DNA of 64,000 bases, taken from the NCBI RefSeq assembly GCF_028641065.1, contig NC_073408.1:12710001-12774000 (forward strand). The letters run 5' to 3'. Under the pieces are notes generated by a model. The model searched no databases and was not told the DNA's origin. It saw only the letters and a program-made list of their open reading frames with translations. The stretch is from Leucoraja erinacea (lineage: Eukaryota). Position 1 is the stretch's first letter. Every line of letters starts with the position of its first letter. Shown in pieces: positions 51,930 to 63,280 of the stretch. The position numbers and the translations under genes were made by a program.

Positions 51930-52500
51930 TCCATGGGGCATCTCGGATGTCCTCATTGGTCCCCTACATTTGTTTCTCATCTACATGGTCTCACTCAGAT
52001 ACCTGATTACCATCTAAAACTACATCCACTTTAAATTGTCACACAACATCTCTGAGGATGAAGAATTTCCCCAAAATGTTAAAAATAATAAAGCCATGTT
52101 TTCTTCTGTGCTGACTCAATATCTAATCCTGGTCCACCATCTCTCAACAGGCTTTTTGTAATCTTGGTGTCATTATTTAACAACAATATGAGCCTCCGAC
52201 CACATATTTACACAGTCATTAATGTTCCTCTCTCCGCTTCCATTCTACTGTTTGGATTCTACCCATGTCTGGGCCCTGCTCTTGACAGTTATTTCTGCAT
52301 ATCTAAATCTAAGATCTGCATATCTAAATATGACGTTGTTTAAAACTCTGCAACCTGTCACCTGATTCTTTTCAAGTTCTCTCCAGTTGTTTTTGCTTTC
52401 CAGTTGTTCTTGATATCCCGTTAATTAATACTTCAACTTCAAAATTCTCATCTTTGTTTTCATATTCTTCCAGGATTTCTTCCCTCCTCGACTCGACAAA
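51930..52500 (+). mobile_element. Ancient L2-like LINE remnant
   Basis: 'ggtcccctacatttgtttctcatctacatg' (GP.LFLIYM-like) and 'gtaatcttggtgtcatt...atgagcctccgaccacatat' (NLGV...S..PHI-like). Confidence 0.5.
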
Positions 52501-52637
52501 GCCTCTTAAAACTTGCCTCTTTAACAAACTTTTATTGTCATCTACTATAATATGATCTGTAGAGTTGTTTGCTGTCACTACTTTGCTGCAACATGAGATG
52601 TTCTTTCTATGTTCAAAGCAATACTGTTCTTGTCAAA

Positions 52638-55500
52638 TACGATACGATACGACACGATAGGACTTTATTTATACCAGGAGGGAAATTAATTTGCCAACAG
52701 TCATAAAAAAACACAATAATACATGAAACATGAAATTAAAGTGACGAGTGGTAAGGCTTTGGGGGTGTGCAAAGATTAAGGGGGGGGTCAGCCTCGGTCT
52801 ACCCCACGACAGAAGGGGGAAGAGTTGTAATGTTTGGTAGCCATAGGGAAGAAGGATCTCCTGTGGTGTTCTGTCTTGCATCTTTGTGGAACCAGTCTGT
52901 TGCTGAAGGTACTCCTCAGGTTGACCAGTGTGTCATGGAGAGAGTGCTGTGTTGTCCAGGATGTTCCACAGTTTGAGGAGCATCCTCCCCTCCAAGACAA
53001 CCTCTGCCCCCAGGATGGAACCAGCCTTCCTGATGAGTTTGTTGATCCTGTTAGCGTCCGCAGCTTTTGATCTGCTGCACACGGCAGCGAAGAAGATGGC
53101 ACTGGCTACCACCATTGGTAGAACATCTGCAACATCTTATTGCAGACGTTGAAGGAGCGGAGCCTTCTCAAAAAGTACAGGTGGCTCTGTCCCTTCTTGT
53201 ACAGGGCCTCAACATTCCTGGACCGGTTTACTGTCCAGATACACTCCCAAGTGTTTGTACTCCCTGGTAAACTGCCCATCCACACCATTGTTAGAGACAG
53301 GGGACAGGGATGTTCCTCTCCTCCTAAAGTCCACCCCCAACTCCTTAGTCTTGTCAGTGTTGAGCTGCAGGTGATTGGGCCCACACCACTCAAAGTCGTT
53401 GACTGCACCTCTGTATTTAGCTTCCCTCCCCTCACAGATGTAGCCCACAATTGCAGAGTCATCTGAAAACGTCTGCAGGTGACAGGAGGCGGAGTTATAT
53501 CTGAGGTCCGAGGTGTAGATGGAAAAAAACAAGAAAGGAAAGAGGACCATACCCTGTGGGGCCCCTGTGTTGTTCACCACCATGTCCAAGACACAGTTCT
53601 GTAGCCTGACATATTGTGGTCATCCAGTCAGGTAGTTGATGATCCAGGACACCAATGGAGCATCCACCGCATTTTCGTCAGTTTGCTCCCTAGCAGTGCA
53701 GGCCGGATCGTGTTAAAAGCACTGGAGAAGTAAAAAAACCCCATCTTCTTGCGTTTGAGGCAGCAGAGGTTATGTAACGCCCTCCAGGCGCTGTAGCCAG
53801 TTCAATGTGCTGTTGCCGAGGGCCATGAGATCTACCCCTCCACCAGGGGGGGCGGATGACAGCGCAGTCGAAAATGATGTGCTACGCTGCTTGCTGGTCT
53901 GCTCCACACACACAGGCTGCTGATAAAAGCAGCCCCCAGCGTGCATGTTGACGTTGAACTGGCCGACCCCTGTACGGAGCTGGTACAGGGCGACCCACTA
54001 TTTACGGGGCAGGGCGGGGCTATGGTGTTCGGTGCAACAGAGGATTGCGTAGGTCGTGTAGTCTGTTCCCAGCTGGTTCTCCATGCTCCTAATGTGTTGA
54101 AACCGCTCGCTGCGATACCTGCGAGATCCGTCGGAGTGGGACGTAGGCAGCCAGTGATGATCTGCATGGTGTCGTTGAGGATGGCGTCTAGCTTGCTAGT
54201 ATAAGCGCTGCGGCACCATGCTGGGGCGGCATACTCGGCTTTGTACATGAATGCAAGAGCACTGGTTCGGAGAGTGCATGTCCTGGCGCCTCATAACGAC
54301 CCAGCCAGGCAACGCAGGAGGTTGTTCTGCGCCGAGACTTTAGCACAGAGAGCTTCAAGCTGTTGCTTGTAGGTCAGCTGCCGATCTAGTTTCACCCTGA
54401 GGTATGTAGGAAATGGGTTAAAGGGTAGGGGTGACCCATTGAGGTTGACGGTTTGCTGGCGTTGAGCTTTCTTATTGTTCAGGTGAAGGCCATTGTAGTG
54501 GTTTTTGCCACACTCAGTTTTAGTCTGTAGGTCTTCAGATAGCCTGCAACGTTCCATATCCGCCAAAAGCACATCCTCCACGTTTGACCAACTCCTGTCT
54601 GAGTGCAGTAGGGCCAGTTCATCTGCATATCCATACTGGCGCGAGGTTGTGCGTGGCAGATCGCTGATATAGTGATTGAAGAGCATGGGGGCCAGTACCG
54701 AGCCTTGGGGGACTCCGTTTCTTGGGTGTCGCAGTTGGCTAGATGTCCGTCACCGGTCTTGAGTACAAAACTGTAGTTGTCAAGGATGTTGGCAAGGAAC
54801 CGCACTAAATGGAGGTCAGGAATGGTGTGGAGGAGCTTCAAGATCATGCCCTGGTGCCACACTGTATCATAGGCGGCGTTTTACAAAAAACATGACTTTC
54901 ACAATTCTTCTTGCCGTATCCAGGAACCATGGAGCAGATGGATGATGGCATCCTCAGCCCACAACTTTGTTTGGTAAGTGAACTGCAGGGGGTCCAAGTA
55001 GGGTTTAACCAGAAGTGGTAGGTGAGTGAGCACCACCCTCTCCAGGGACTTCATGATGTCTGTAGTCATTGGAGGAGCTGGGGCACGTCCTCTTTGGTAC
55101 AGGAACCAGGCAGGATGTCTTCCATGTCACAGGAACCCTCTCCAGGCTCAGGCTCAGGTTGAAGATGTGCTGTAGTACTGGCTGGCAACTGGCTGGCACA
55201 CGCCTTGAGTACCCTACGGCTGACATCATCGTAACCAGTAGCTTGGCCTGGGTGGAGTCTGCTCAGCTCCTTCCTCACCTGGTCAACAATGGTCAGGCTC
55301 GGGCAAGACGGGGCAGAGGAAGTGGACCAGGGGGATTGAGGGGGAGAGACTGTTGGGAGCATGGGGAAAGGTGGGCAGCGGCCCCACCATCAAATCTATT
55401 ATAAAACAGGTGTAGCTCATTGGCCCAGTCCTGATTGCTTACCCTCCCCAGGCCACTGGTCTTCTTGTAGCCTGTAATGCTCTTCATCCCGCTTCACATC
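52638..55500 (-). mobile_element. Rex1/Babar LINE interrupted by Vingi insertion
   Basis: NTGAPQGMVLFPFLF..YTSDL, FSDDS, LQLNTDKTKEL, KKGQSHLYFLRRL and WKTSCLVPVPK, with a (tatcg)n tail at ~52638-52660. Confidence 0.9.
53743..54878 (-). mobile_element. Vingi/Ingi-like non-LTR retrotransposon, 5'-truncated
   Basis: AAYDTVWHQG, LFNHYISDLP...YADELAL, YLRVKLDRQLTYKQ, AEYAAPAWCRS..T.KLD..LNDTMQIITGCLRPTPT. 3' end caaacgcaagaaga. aaaaaac is present on both flanks. Confidence 0.75.
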
Positions 55501-56024
55501 CCAAATCTTTCATTGACAGTGTCATTGTGGGATCTGCTCTGGTCTACCATTATCAAAGTCAAAATCACAGTCAAATGTATTCGTCACATGCACCCGAAGG
55601 TGACTAGTACTGATGAAAAGAGTAGAATAAACAAAGCAAAGCAACTAACCCAACTCCCAACTCAAGTAGGTACAATGGTTATATTAGTTAACAAATGTTG
55701 GCATTTTCTTAACGGTTATATTTGCTTTCATGTTGCATGGCATCATTTTGAACTCCCTGTTGCCTATGCTTGGCACCCCACAATTGGCCAGTTTAAAAAA
55801 ACAAAACAATTTTGCAGATAACAGCGGAAATGTGAAATGGAAATAGCAGCAGGCCTCTTAGCCCATCATTCAGTAAAGTTATGGTTGATCTTAAAACTCT
55901 ACATCAATTTCTTGCACAAACTTATCTGTAAAATCTCCACCATTTTCATAGCCAATGCTTTCATCTACCTTTGAAAAAAACACATCATTTTGTAACTCTG
56001 ATCAATGGAAAAATACATAATTTA

Positions 56025-56368
56025 CAGTCGGAAGAAGGGTCTTGACCTGAAACACCACCTATTCCCTTTCACTAGAGATGCTGCCTGACTCACTGAGTTA
56101 CTCCAATGTTTTGTGTTTATCTTTGATTTAAAGCAGCATCTGCAGTTTCTTTCTACACATTTTGTCTGCTCCCCACTGCACAATCTCCTTATGGTATGCC
56201 TACTTTGAAGATGTTCTCTTTCCAACGGGTTTTCTGAGTCTGAAGAAATGTCTCAACTCTAGAAGTCACCTATTTCCTTTCACCAGAGATGCCTGACCCG
56301 ATGAGTTACTCCAACATTTTCTGTTTATCTTTGGTATAAACCAGTATCTGCAGTTCCTTCCTACACAT
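56025..56368 (+). mobile_element. Tandem pair of Penelope-terminus modules
   Basis: Two direct copies (~56025-56158, ~56238-56368). Each starts with a decayed c(t/g)gaagaa...gaa..(c/t)cacc core and ends tctgcagtt..ttcctacac. Confidence 0.8.
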
Positions 56369-57560
56369 AATTTACCGTATGATTTTCTCCATACACGGCA
56401 TTATTTTAAGCCCACTGTCTTGATTGTTCCACACCCTGTGTTGTCATAATATATTGTCTGCTTAAAGTAGTTGATTAATACTCTTAAAGAGATTTCTGGA
56501 TTATATTTTAACATAAGTTTCAGGCACAATGTTCTATGTTTAGCCATCCTCGGCCATTTAATCTTTTTATACCTTTCCTTTAATGAACAAGTGAACTTTT
56601 CACCAGTTGACCTGGTTGTCATATATCATCTTTGTGGCTCTGATGAAAAGGGTTTGACTTTCCTGTTTCTCTGTGCAATAAGAAATGTATTGCTGAGTCT
56701 TTGATCAGTGGAGTATATTTCTGCCTAGGTATTTAGATTTACCTAGTCTTCCATACATTACCAGTTTCCCAATGTGAGATAAGCAACAAAGTCAATATAC
56801 CTTATTGTTCTCATGTGTCCTGGATTAATTCTTCTCTCTCCACCGTTTGAAGATTTTGTTTATGTGAGTTTTTGAACCAGTTAGACAAACTTGAATGTTT
56901 ACTTGGTTGAAATGTAAGATCACAAACAATACTCCAAATATACTTTTTCAAAGATCTTGTGAAGTGAAACATTACTTCCTTGTTTTTGTAATCCATCCTT
57001 CTGACAGTAATACCAAGCAGTTTTTTAGTGGCAACTGACTATGGTTGTTTTACTGGATTTATAAATCCTGTTGTGTGTTTGAACTCTTTAATGGAATAGA
57101 AATTGTAATTTACTATGGTCTGAATATGTGTTGGCATGAATGCATACCTGTAATTGGAGAAACAAATGTTGAACACTAATTAACAACTGTTCTTGCAGTG
57201 GAGCTAAAAATAGGGGAATATAGTTCAGTTGTGATAAAGAGTCTCAAACATCACACTGCCTGGCTTGCTGTTTGTTTCCAACGTTTCCTATTTGAGTTTG
57301 CAGGATTTTTGCTAGTCGAGATATGAAGTGATTGGTGCTTGCATGAGATGCGAAAAAGAGGCAAGAAAACATGTACGCATGGACAGATTGATAGAGAATG
57401 TAAGAGAATCATATAGTGAAAAGGTAAAACGCAAAAACAATGGAGATCCTTGTCATGAAATAAATTAGTTTGAGACAAATGTTGGAGGAAGAAAGGATGT
57501 GATGCCAGAGTATCATGTCATGGTGTCAATTTAATCTATAGAGAAGCTGTTTCAAACAAT

Positions 57561-57670
57561 ACAGGCTATTCCCGGGTATGAACCCTCACTTGCATACGCT
57601 GTTATGAACGTATGAGTTCCCAAAACATTATTAAATTCAAAGGTTTGACATATGTACATATGCTTGATCC
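57561..57670. mobile_element. Decayed Tigger-like terminus
   Basis: ta|caggctattcccgggtatgaac resembles CAGGCAGTCCCCGGGTTACGAAC-type ends. Confidence 0.4.
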
Positions 57671-58199
57671 TCGAATGGCTGAATGATGTTGCTGAATGAT
57701 GAAAAACTGGATGGGTTCAGTCAAGCAACTTGAATCTTAACTCACTGTGCATAAAGTGTTATCGTTGGCTCCTCGCTGTGGGTGGCTGAAAATATGTGGA
57801 GAAGCCTAATAATTATTTAACTTCACAAAATTAATCTGAGTCACAACTGTTTTCACAGATTAAAAAACATTAAAACGACCTTGGCCTTGTATGGCTAAAT
57901 CAATTCTATGAATTAAATCAGTTCAAGAGCTTGTCAAATGTGTAAAATCATAACTCTTAAAAGTGGCAGAACACAAATTAATGTTTGCATTTCTGTGCAA
58001 TTTCTCCATAAAAAGATTGTCCAGTGACCCATTTTAGTTATATAAATAAACTAAATAAAGATGTAGCAACTGCAGTGGTATGGATGGTATATTTTGAAGT
58101 ACCAGTAAACAATTGAAAGATGACAGATTAGGTTAATCTAGCCATTTAAGCCACTGAACTTTTTTTTTTAAATCAATACTACGTTCTTTAAATACATCT

Positions 58200-58800
58200 G
58201 TAACTTAGGGAGAAACGGCGCAAATTTGCTATGACTGGTTTTGAAGAAAAAATCCTGGTGAAAACGATTTGTGCCATTTGAAGTAGAAAGTAGATTTTTG
58301 AAATCAATTTTAGGCCGTTAAAGGGGAAGGTATTTTTAGTTGACCCAAGCTAATTTTTTGCAGCTGTTGAAATTTGTTCTTTTTTATAGCAACAATGGTT
58401 AAAGCAATCACACCGTTTACTGCAAATTGTACAGATGAGATTTATGTTCCATTAAGACCTTGGAAGATAGCATCTGACCTTAATTATTGACAATGATATG
58501 AAATGATGTGTTAAGCAATTATTTCTCTTTTTTATTCTTAGTACACATGTAACTAAACAGTGACTAAATGATTTCCATAATTAAAGTTCATGAGTGGCAG
58601 TGATGGAGAAATAAACGCAATCCATTTACTCTTGTGTCAATCATTATTACAAAGCTCCACCTAACCTATCCAGTTGAAATAATTAGTTCACATAAACACG
58701 GCTGATGGCTACATTGTAAATGTCAATCACAGTGCATGCAAATATACCATTAAGAAAATAGTGGCATTATTTTTGATACAGCCATTCCATTAGCTGAGAG
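58200..58800. promoter_or_regulatory. Candidate conserved non-coding element
   Basis: Non-repeat block with AACAATGG (SOX), ATGCAAAT (POU octamer, ~58736), TGTCAATCA twice (PBX/MEIS-like) and several TAAT. Confidence 0.3.
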
Positions 58801-59559
58801 TTTATGGGCTTCAATAAAGAGTATCATGTTGAGAGTTTGACTTCTGTTTTTGACCTTGCAAGAGATGCAACATTGATGATGAGGATAGTATGTTACAGCA
58901 AGATAATGACCCATTGTGAGGAAAATAGAGAGTGTAGTGCTATAAATTAAACAGTGATGATCGTAGGCAGTGGGTATGAGTTGAACATTTTAGTAAGAGG
59001 ATAGGACCAGTCTACACCTGCAACAAGGACCATTTTTCATAATGGTATATTTGCATACACTTGGAACAAGGACTATTCGACAACAAAAAGACAGGTATAA
59101 CTGCGGTTCATGTGAGTGCCCATGACTACACCTTTAACTTGGAGAAAGAGAAGTTGTTAAGGGTGAGGATAAATTCTGCTGTGGGGAGGAGAGTGGAAAC
59201 TAAAAGTTATTAATGATTTGAAGTGTGTGTGAGGTGTAGTAGGAGTAGCATGGTGGAAAGATGGGGAGGGCAGCGGGACACAATGGTTGGAAGTGGGGAG
59301 TAGTGGGGAAACAGGAGACTCAGGCTATATTGTGTTCTTGAAGCCACCTGCGTGGAAGCTCTTGGCCTGGAGCTGAGCCTGGAACTCGGGTGAGTGGTCT
59401 GCTCCGGCCTGCTGTTGGGCGGGGAAGAGGAGAAGATCGGGCAGCCTGCTGGGGGCCAGAGAGCAGGTAAGGATCGGTGGTGCCAGTTTTAGAAAAGGAA
59501 CTGAGTAACCAAAGTAAAAGATTGTGTCTGGGCGAATAAATAAGAAATAATAAGTAAAT

Positions 59560-60580
59560 TATTTTACGAATCGGAAATAGTATTGAACAACTATGTTAGA
59601 GTACTTTAATGATTTAGCTTATCGCATGGATATGAAAGAACCTGTAGATGTAGTGTATTCAATTTTATAGAGCACTTAATAAGATCGATATCAAAACTTA
59701 CTGTACAAGGCGAGAGCTCATGAAGTTGGAGATAATAAATAACACGGATAGAGGATTTGCCGACTAACAGAGATCAGAGGTGGGATGAATGGATTAATTT
59801 CTGTTTGGCAAACTAGCATTGTAGCATCCCAGAGAGATATTGTGGCATCACTTATTTACCAATTATATTAATTACATAAATGAAGGAATTGAGCGTCTTG
59901 AAGTTAAATGGCTCGATGATACAAACGAATGATACAAATGAGAAAGCAAGTTGCTTGGAGGACACAATCTGCAAAGGGATATAGATCAATTACGTATGAC
60001 AGTCGACCATAATGTTGGAGACTAAGGTTATCCACTGTGGTGGTTTAGAGGGAGCAAAATGACGGAATTCTGTTGTGCAGAGGGATCTGGGTATCTACTT
60101 ATACAAAACTTGGATATTTAACATGCAGCTGAAAGAGGTAATTATGAAAATAAATGGGATGTTGGCTCTTTTGGCTGCAGGGCATTGAATGCAAAAGCCT
60201 TGCTACTGTGCAGGGTGTTAAACAGATACTATTTACAGTTTTGGTCTTATTTATTTTAGAGAGCGAGTTTAAAGAAGGTTCACTGATTTGATTTGTAGGA
60301 AGAGGAGTTTGTATTATGAGGATTTATTGAGCAGATTTAACATTCTTCATTGAAGTTTAGAAGAATAACATGCAATCTTACACACACTTAAGGTTCTGAA
60401 GCGGATTGAGGATGTTTCCGCACATTGTAGAATCTAAAAATAGAAGGCCTGTTTCAGACTACGGAATCACCATTGTAGATGAAGATGAGGAAGAATTTAT
60501 TTTCTCAGTTATGAATCTGGAATGCTCAATCCTAGAGAGCTGTGGAGCTCTAACATCATGAAGCATTTAAAGTTACTACA
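59560..60580 (+). mobile_element. Decayed CR1 ORF2/3' region
   Basis: 'gaacctgtagatgtagtgtatt', 'gtgcagagggatctgggt', 'gagtttaaagaaggttcactgatttgatt', 'gatgaggaagaatttatt'. Confidence 0.75.
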
Positions 60581-61771
60581 CTTGAATATTTCCAAACAAA
60601 ATATTTAGAATAAAAATCACTTGATACGAGTCCTTTCTGTGCTGGACAGGTGCAAAGTTGCAATCTGATACTCCTGCCCCTGGATAATCCATACAGGAAG
60701 CTTGGAACTGATAGTTCCAGTTTTGAGCAGCTGTTGAATATTGTGGCAGGGGGTAGCTACATTGACTGCTGTGGGTACAGCAGATGGTTCAGTAAAGGAT
60801 GCTCTACAAATATTGGCGTGCAACTTGCATCAGGAGCTAAATGTTTTTAGCTTAGTTGTTTCAATCAGTTACCAAAAGTGAAAAGTGCACAACTTCGCCA
60901 TGGTTAGCTGAAATTCGTTTTTTTTTGGAGATGGATTTAATTTGCATCTGAGGAACATTGTGTACGATTGAACCTGTGGCATTGGGAATATCTGAGAAGA
61001 GAATGGACTGTAATAGACACAACGAGAATACAGGAATGATTGTCAATTTATCACATAGCAAATAAAACCACAAGAGATTAAGTAACATGATCTTCACAAA
61101 TTCTTTTTAAATTGTCTTATTTATAAGAGAATGCATTTTCTTTGATAGTTTTTCTCTGACAAACTGTAATTGCCATTTGATTATTTACTCAAGTGCCCAA
61201 GGGTTTTGCCCATGATAATTACTCTAATGGGATACAGGAACAGCATAATTTACATTCTCTTTTCCACATCCTTGAACCTGGAATCAAGGTATTTAGAAAC
61301 TAGATATTTATTTCCATTTGAATAACAGTGAAATTAATTGGGTTGCCAAATTCTTTATTACCTCCTCCACAGGTATGTATTTTTGTTGTATCCAGCTTTA
61401 AGCAAAAATGATGATTGTGTGTCTTATGATTTACCTGAGTTTATCTTGCATTTGGAACTCACTGCATATATATATATATTATTCCTCCAAATAATGGTCT
61501 GGTATATTGATGCTACAAAAATTATCAATAGTTGCAATTTCAATTTGTGTAATTTAATGGAGCAGGAATGCCAATACATTTATTCAGGGTAAGCCTTTGC
61601 TATGCAGTGGTTGCCTTCTTCCACAGTTGCTTATAATCTAGAATGGTTCTTGCAGATTGAAGGGTAACAAATGTAAATCCATGATTAAGAAAGGAGGGCG
61701 AAAGAAGCTAGGAAGTGTAGACCATCTGACCAGTTAATGGGGAAATTGAGAGAAAATGTTTACAGGGCAAT

Positions 61772-62337
61772 AAGCGAGTTCGGTATTCCGACCGCATGCC
61801 CAGGTCCTAGGTCACTCGCCACAAACGATGATTTTGTAAATTTTTACTGCTTTATGCTTCGGTGAGTGAGCAAGATCGTGCTGCTGCGTGGGGTTGGAGT
61901 CCGTGGTCGGGGTTGGGCCCGGGTCTCTGCCGCAGCGGGCGCTGTTGAGTTGCTGCTGGGCCGTCCCCATCCCCTCCTGGGTGTTCCATCCCTGTTCGGG
62001 GTGACCCTGACCACCTCGGGGGGGGGGGGTCTAATGGCGGTTCGGCAGCGCTTGCTGCAACGGGGACACGGGTTAGATCCTGGCTGCGGGTGAGGCGCGG
62101 GTCTGTGTGCGTGCTATATCCTGTCTCCCACTTGCATCTACCCCCTCACTCTCGCTGTTACATCCTGTTCTCCTGCTACCTAGCGCCCCCGTTCCTCAGA
62201 TTAAATATATTTTTACACATAAATTATGCATAAAGATAAGTATGTACAGCCAGCACTTTGTTTGCTTTTTCTTTATGGCGAATGACCTTTGACAAATCCC
62301 ATGATTCCTTGCATTTTTGAGAATACCGAACTCGCTT
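61772..62337. mobile_element. MITE with 17-bp TIRs and AT TSD (ISL2EU/Harbinger-superfamily-like)
   Basis: AT|AAGCGAGTTCGGTATTC...GAATACCGAACTCGCTT|AT. Removing the element and one AT restores a plausible CR1 sequence (gggcaATtagaaat). Confidence 0.8.
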
Positions 62338-62403
62338 ATTAGAAATTACTGAAGGGTCAACTTACATTTAAGGAGAGGAAATCATGTTTGAATACCTGAA
62401 GAA

Positions 62404-62502
62404 TGTCTGAAGAAGGGTTTTGACCCAAAACATTGCCTATTTCCTTTGCTCCATAGATGCTGCCTCACCCGCTGAGTTTCTCCAGCATTTTTGTCGACCT
62501 TT
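62404..62502 (+). mobile_element. Penelope-terminus module inserted in CR1
   Basis: gtctgaagaagggttttgacccaaaacattgcc...ctccagcatttttgtcgacc, flanked by duplicated tttgaatacct. Confidence 0.75.
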
Positions 62503-63280
62503 GAATACCTATTAGTGTTTTTGATGTTGTAATTTGCTAAATCTATAAGGGGAAACCAATGGATGTAGTGTATTTGGACTTTCAGACGACTAGTGATAAG
62601 GTATTACACAGATGGTTATTAATAAAATAGAGATTAAGAGTAAACAGGTTGCTTATAGATTGAACATTTAGGGGATGCCACAGTGTTGGCTGCTGGCACC
62701 TCAGCTTTTCACAATCCATTTTTTTTTTTAATGAACAGGCCAAAAGTAATATATCTGAATTTATTGATGAAATAAAGCTTGAGTTGCGGAGCAAATTGTG
62801 TGGAATGTGCAGAGAGGCTTCAGGAGATATAAACAGGCTACATGAATGTCCGTGAACATAAATGATTAATAGTTAATATGCACGTATAGCAAGCAGTTAG
62901 GAAGGTGAACAGTATATTGGCCTTGATTGCAAGAAGTTATGAGTAAAAATGTAAAGATGTCTAAGTAATCACAATCATATTGGGCTCTGGTGAGTCTGCA
63001 CATAAATTGTTTTGCACACGCTGGCCCCACAAGCTTAGGATATATAATAGTTCCGGCAAGGAAGTGCCAACAAAGAATCACTAGACTGATTCCTGGGATT
63101 GGTGGGTGGGGGGTTGGTTGCTGGTCTTATCCTTTCAGGAGAGTTTATCCAACTAGACCAATACACTCATTTAGAGGAACGTGAGGTGATTTTATTCAAA
63201 CATACACAAAATTCTTACAAGGCTTGACTGGGTAGATGCAAATAATAGTTTCTCTTGAATGGGATGTTCAGAGCCAGGTA

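Larger units (their letters stand above)
61610..63280 (+). mobile_element. Decayed CR1 hosting nested MITE and Penelope-terminus insertions
   Basis: 'ctagaatggttcttgcagattgaagggtaacaaatgta', 'ggggaaaccaatggatgtagtgtatttggactttcag', QQRITRLIPG. Confidence 0.75.

Noticed and set aside
60650-60850. 66-aa ORF preceded by an acceptor-like ggacag
   Set aside because: No recognisable domain and no clear donor, so it is not supportable as an exon.
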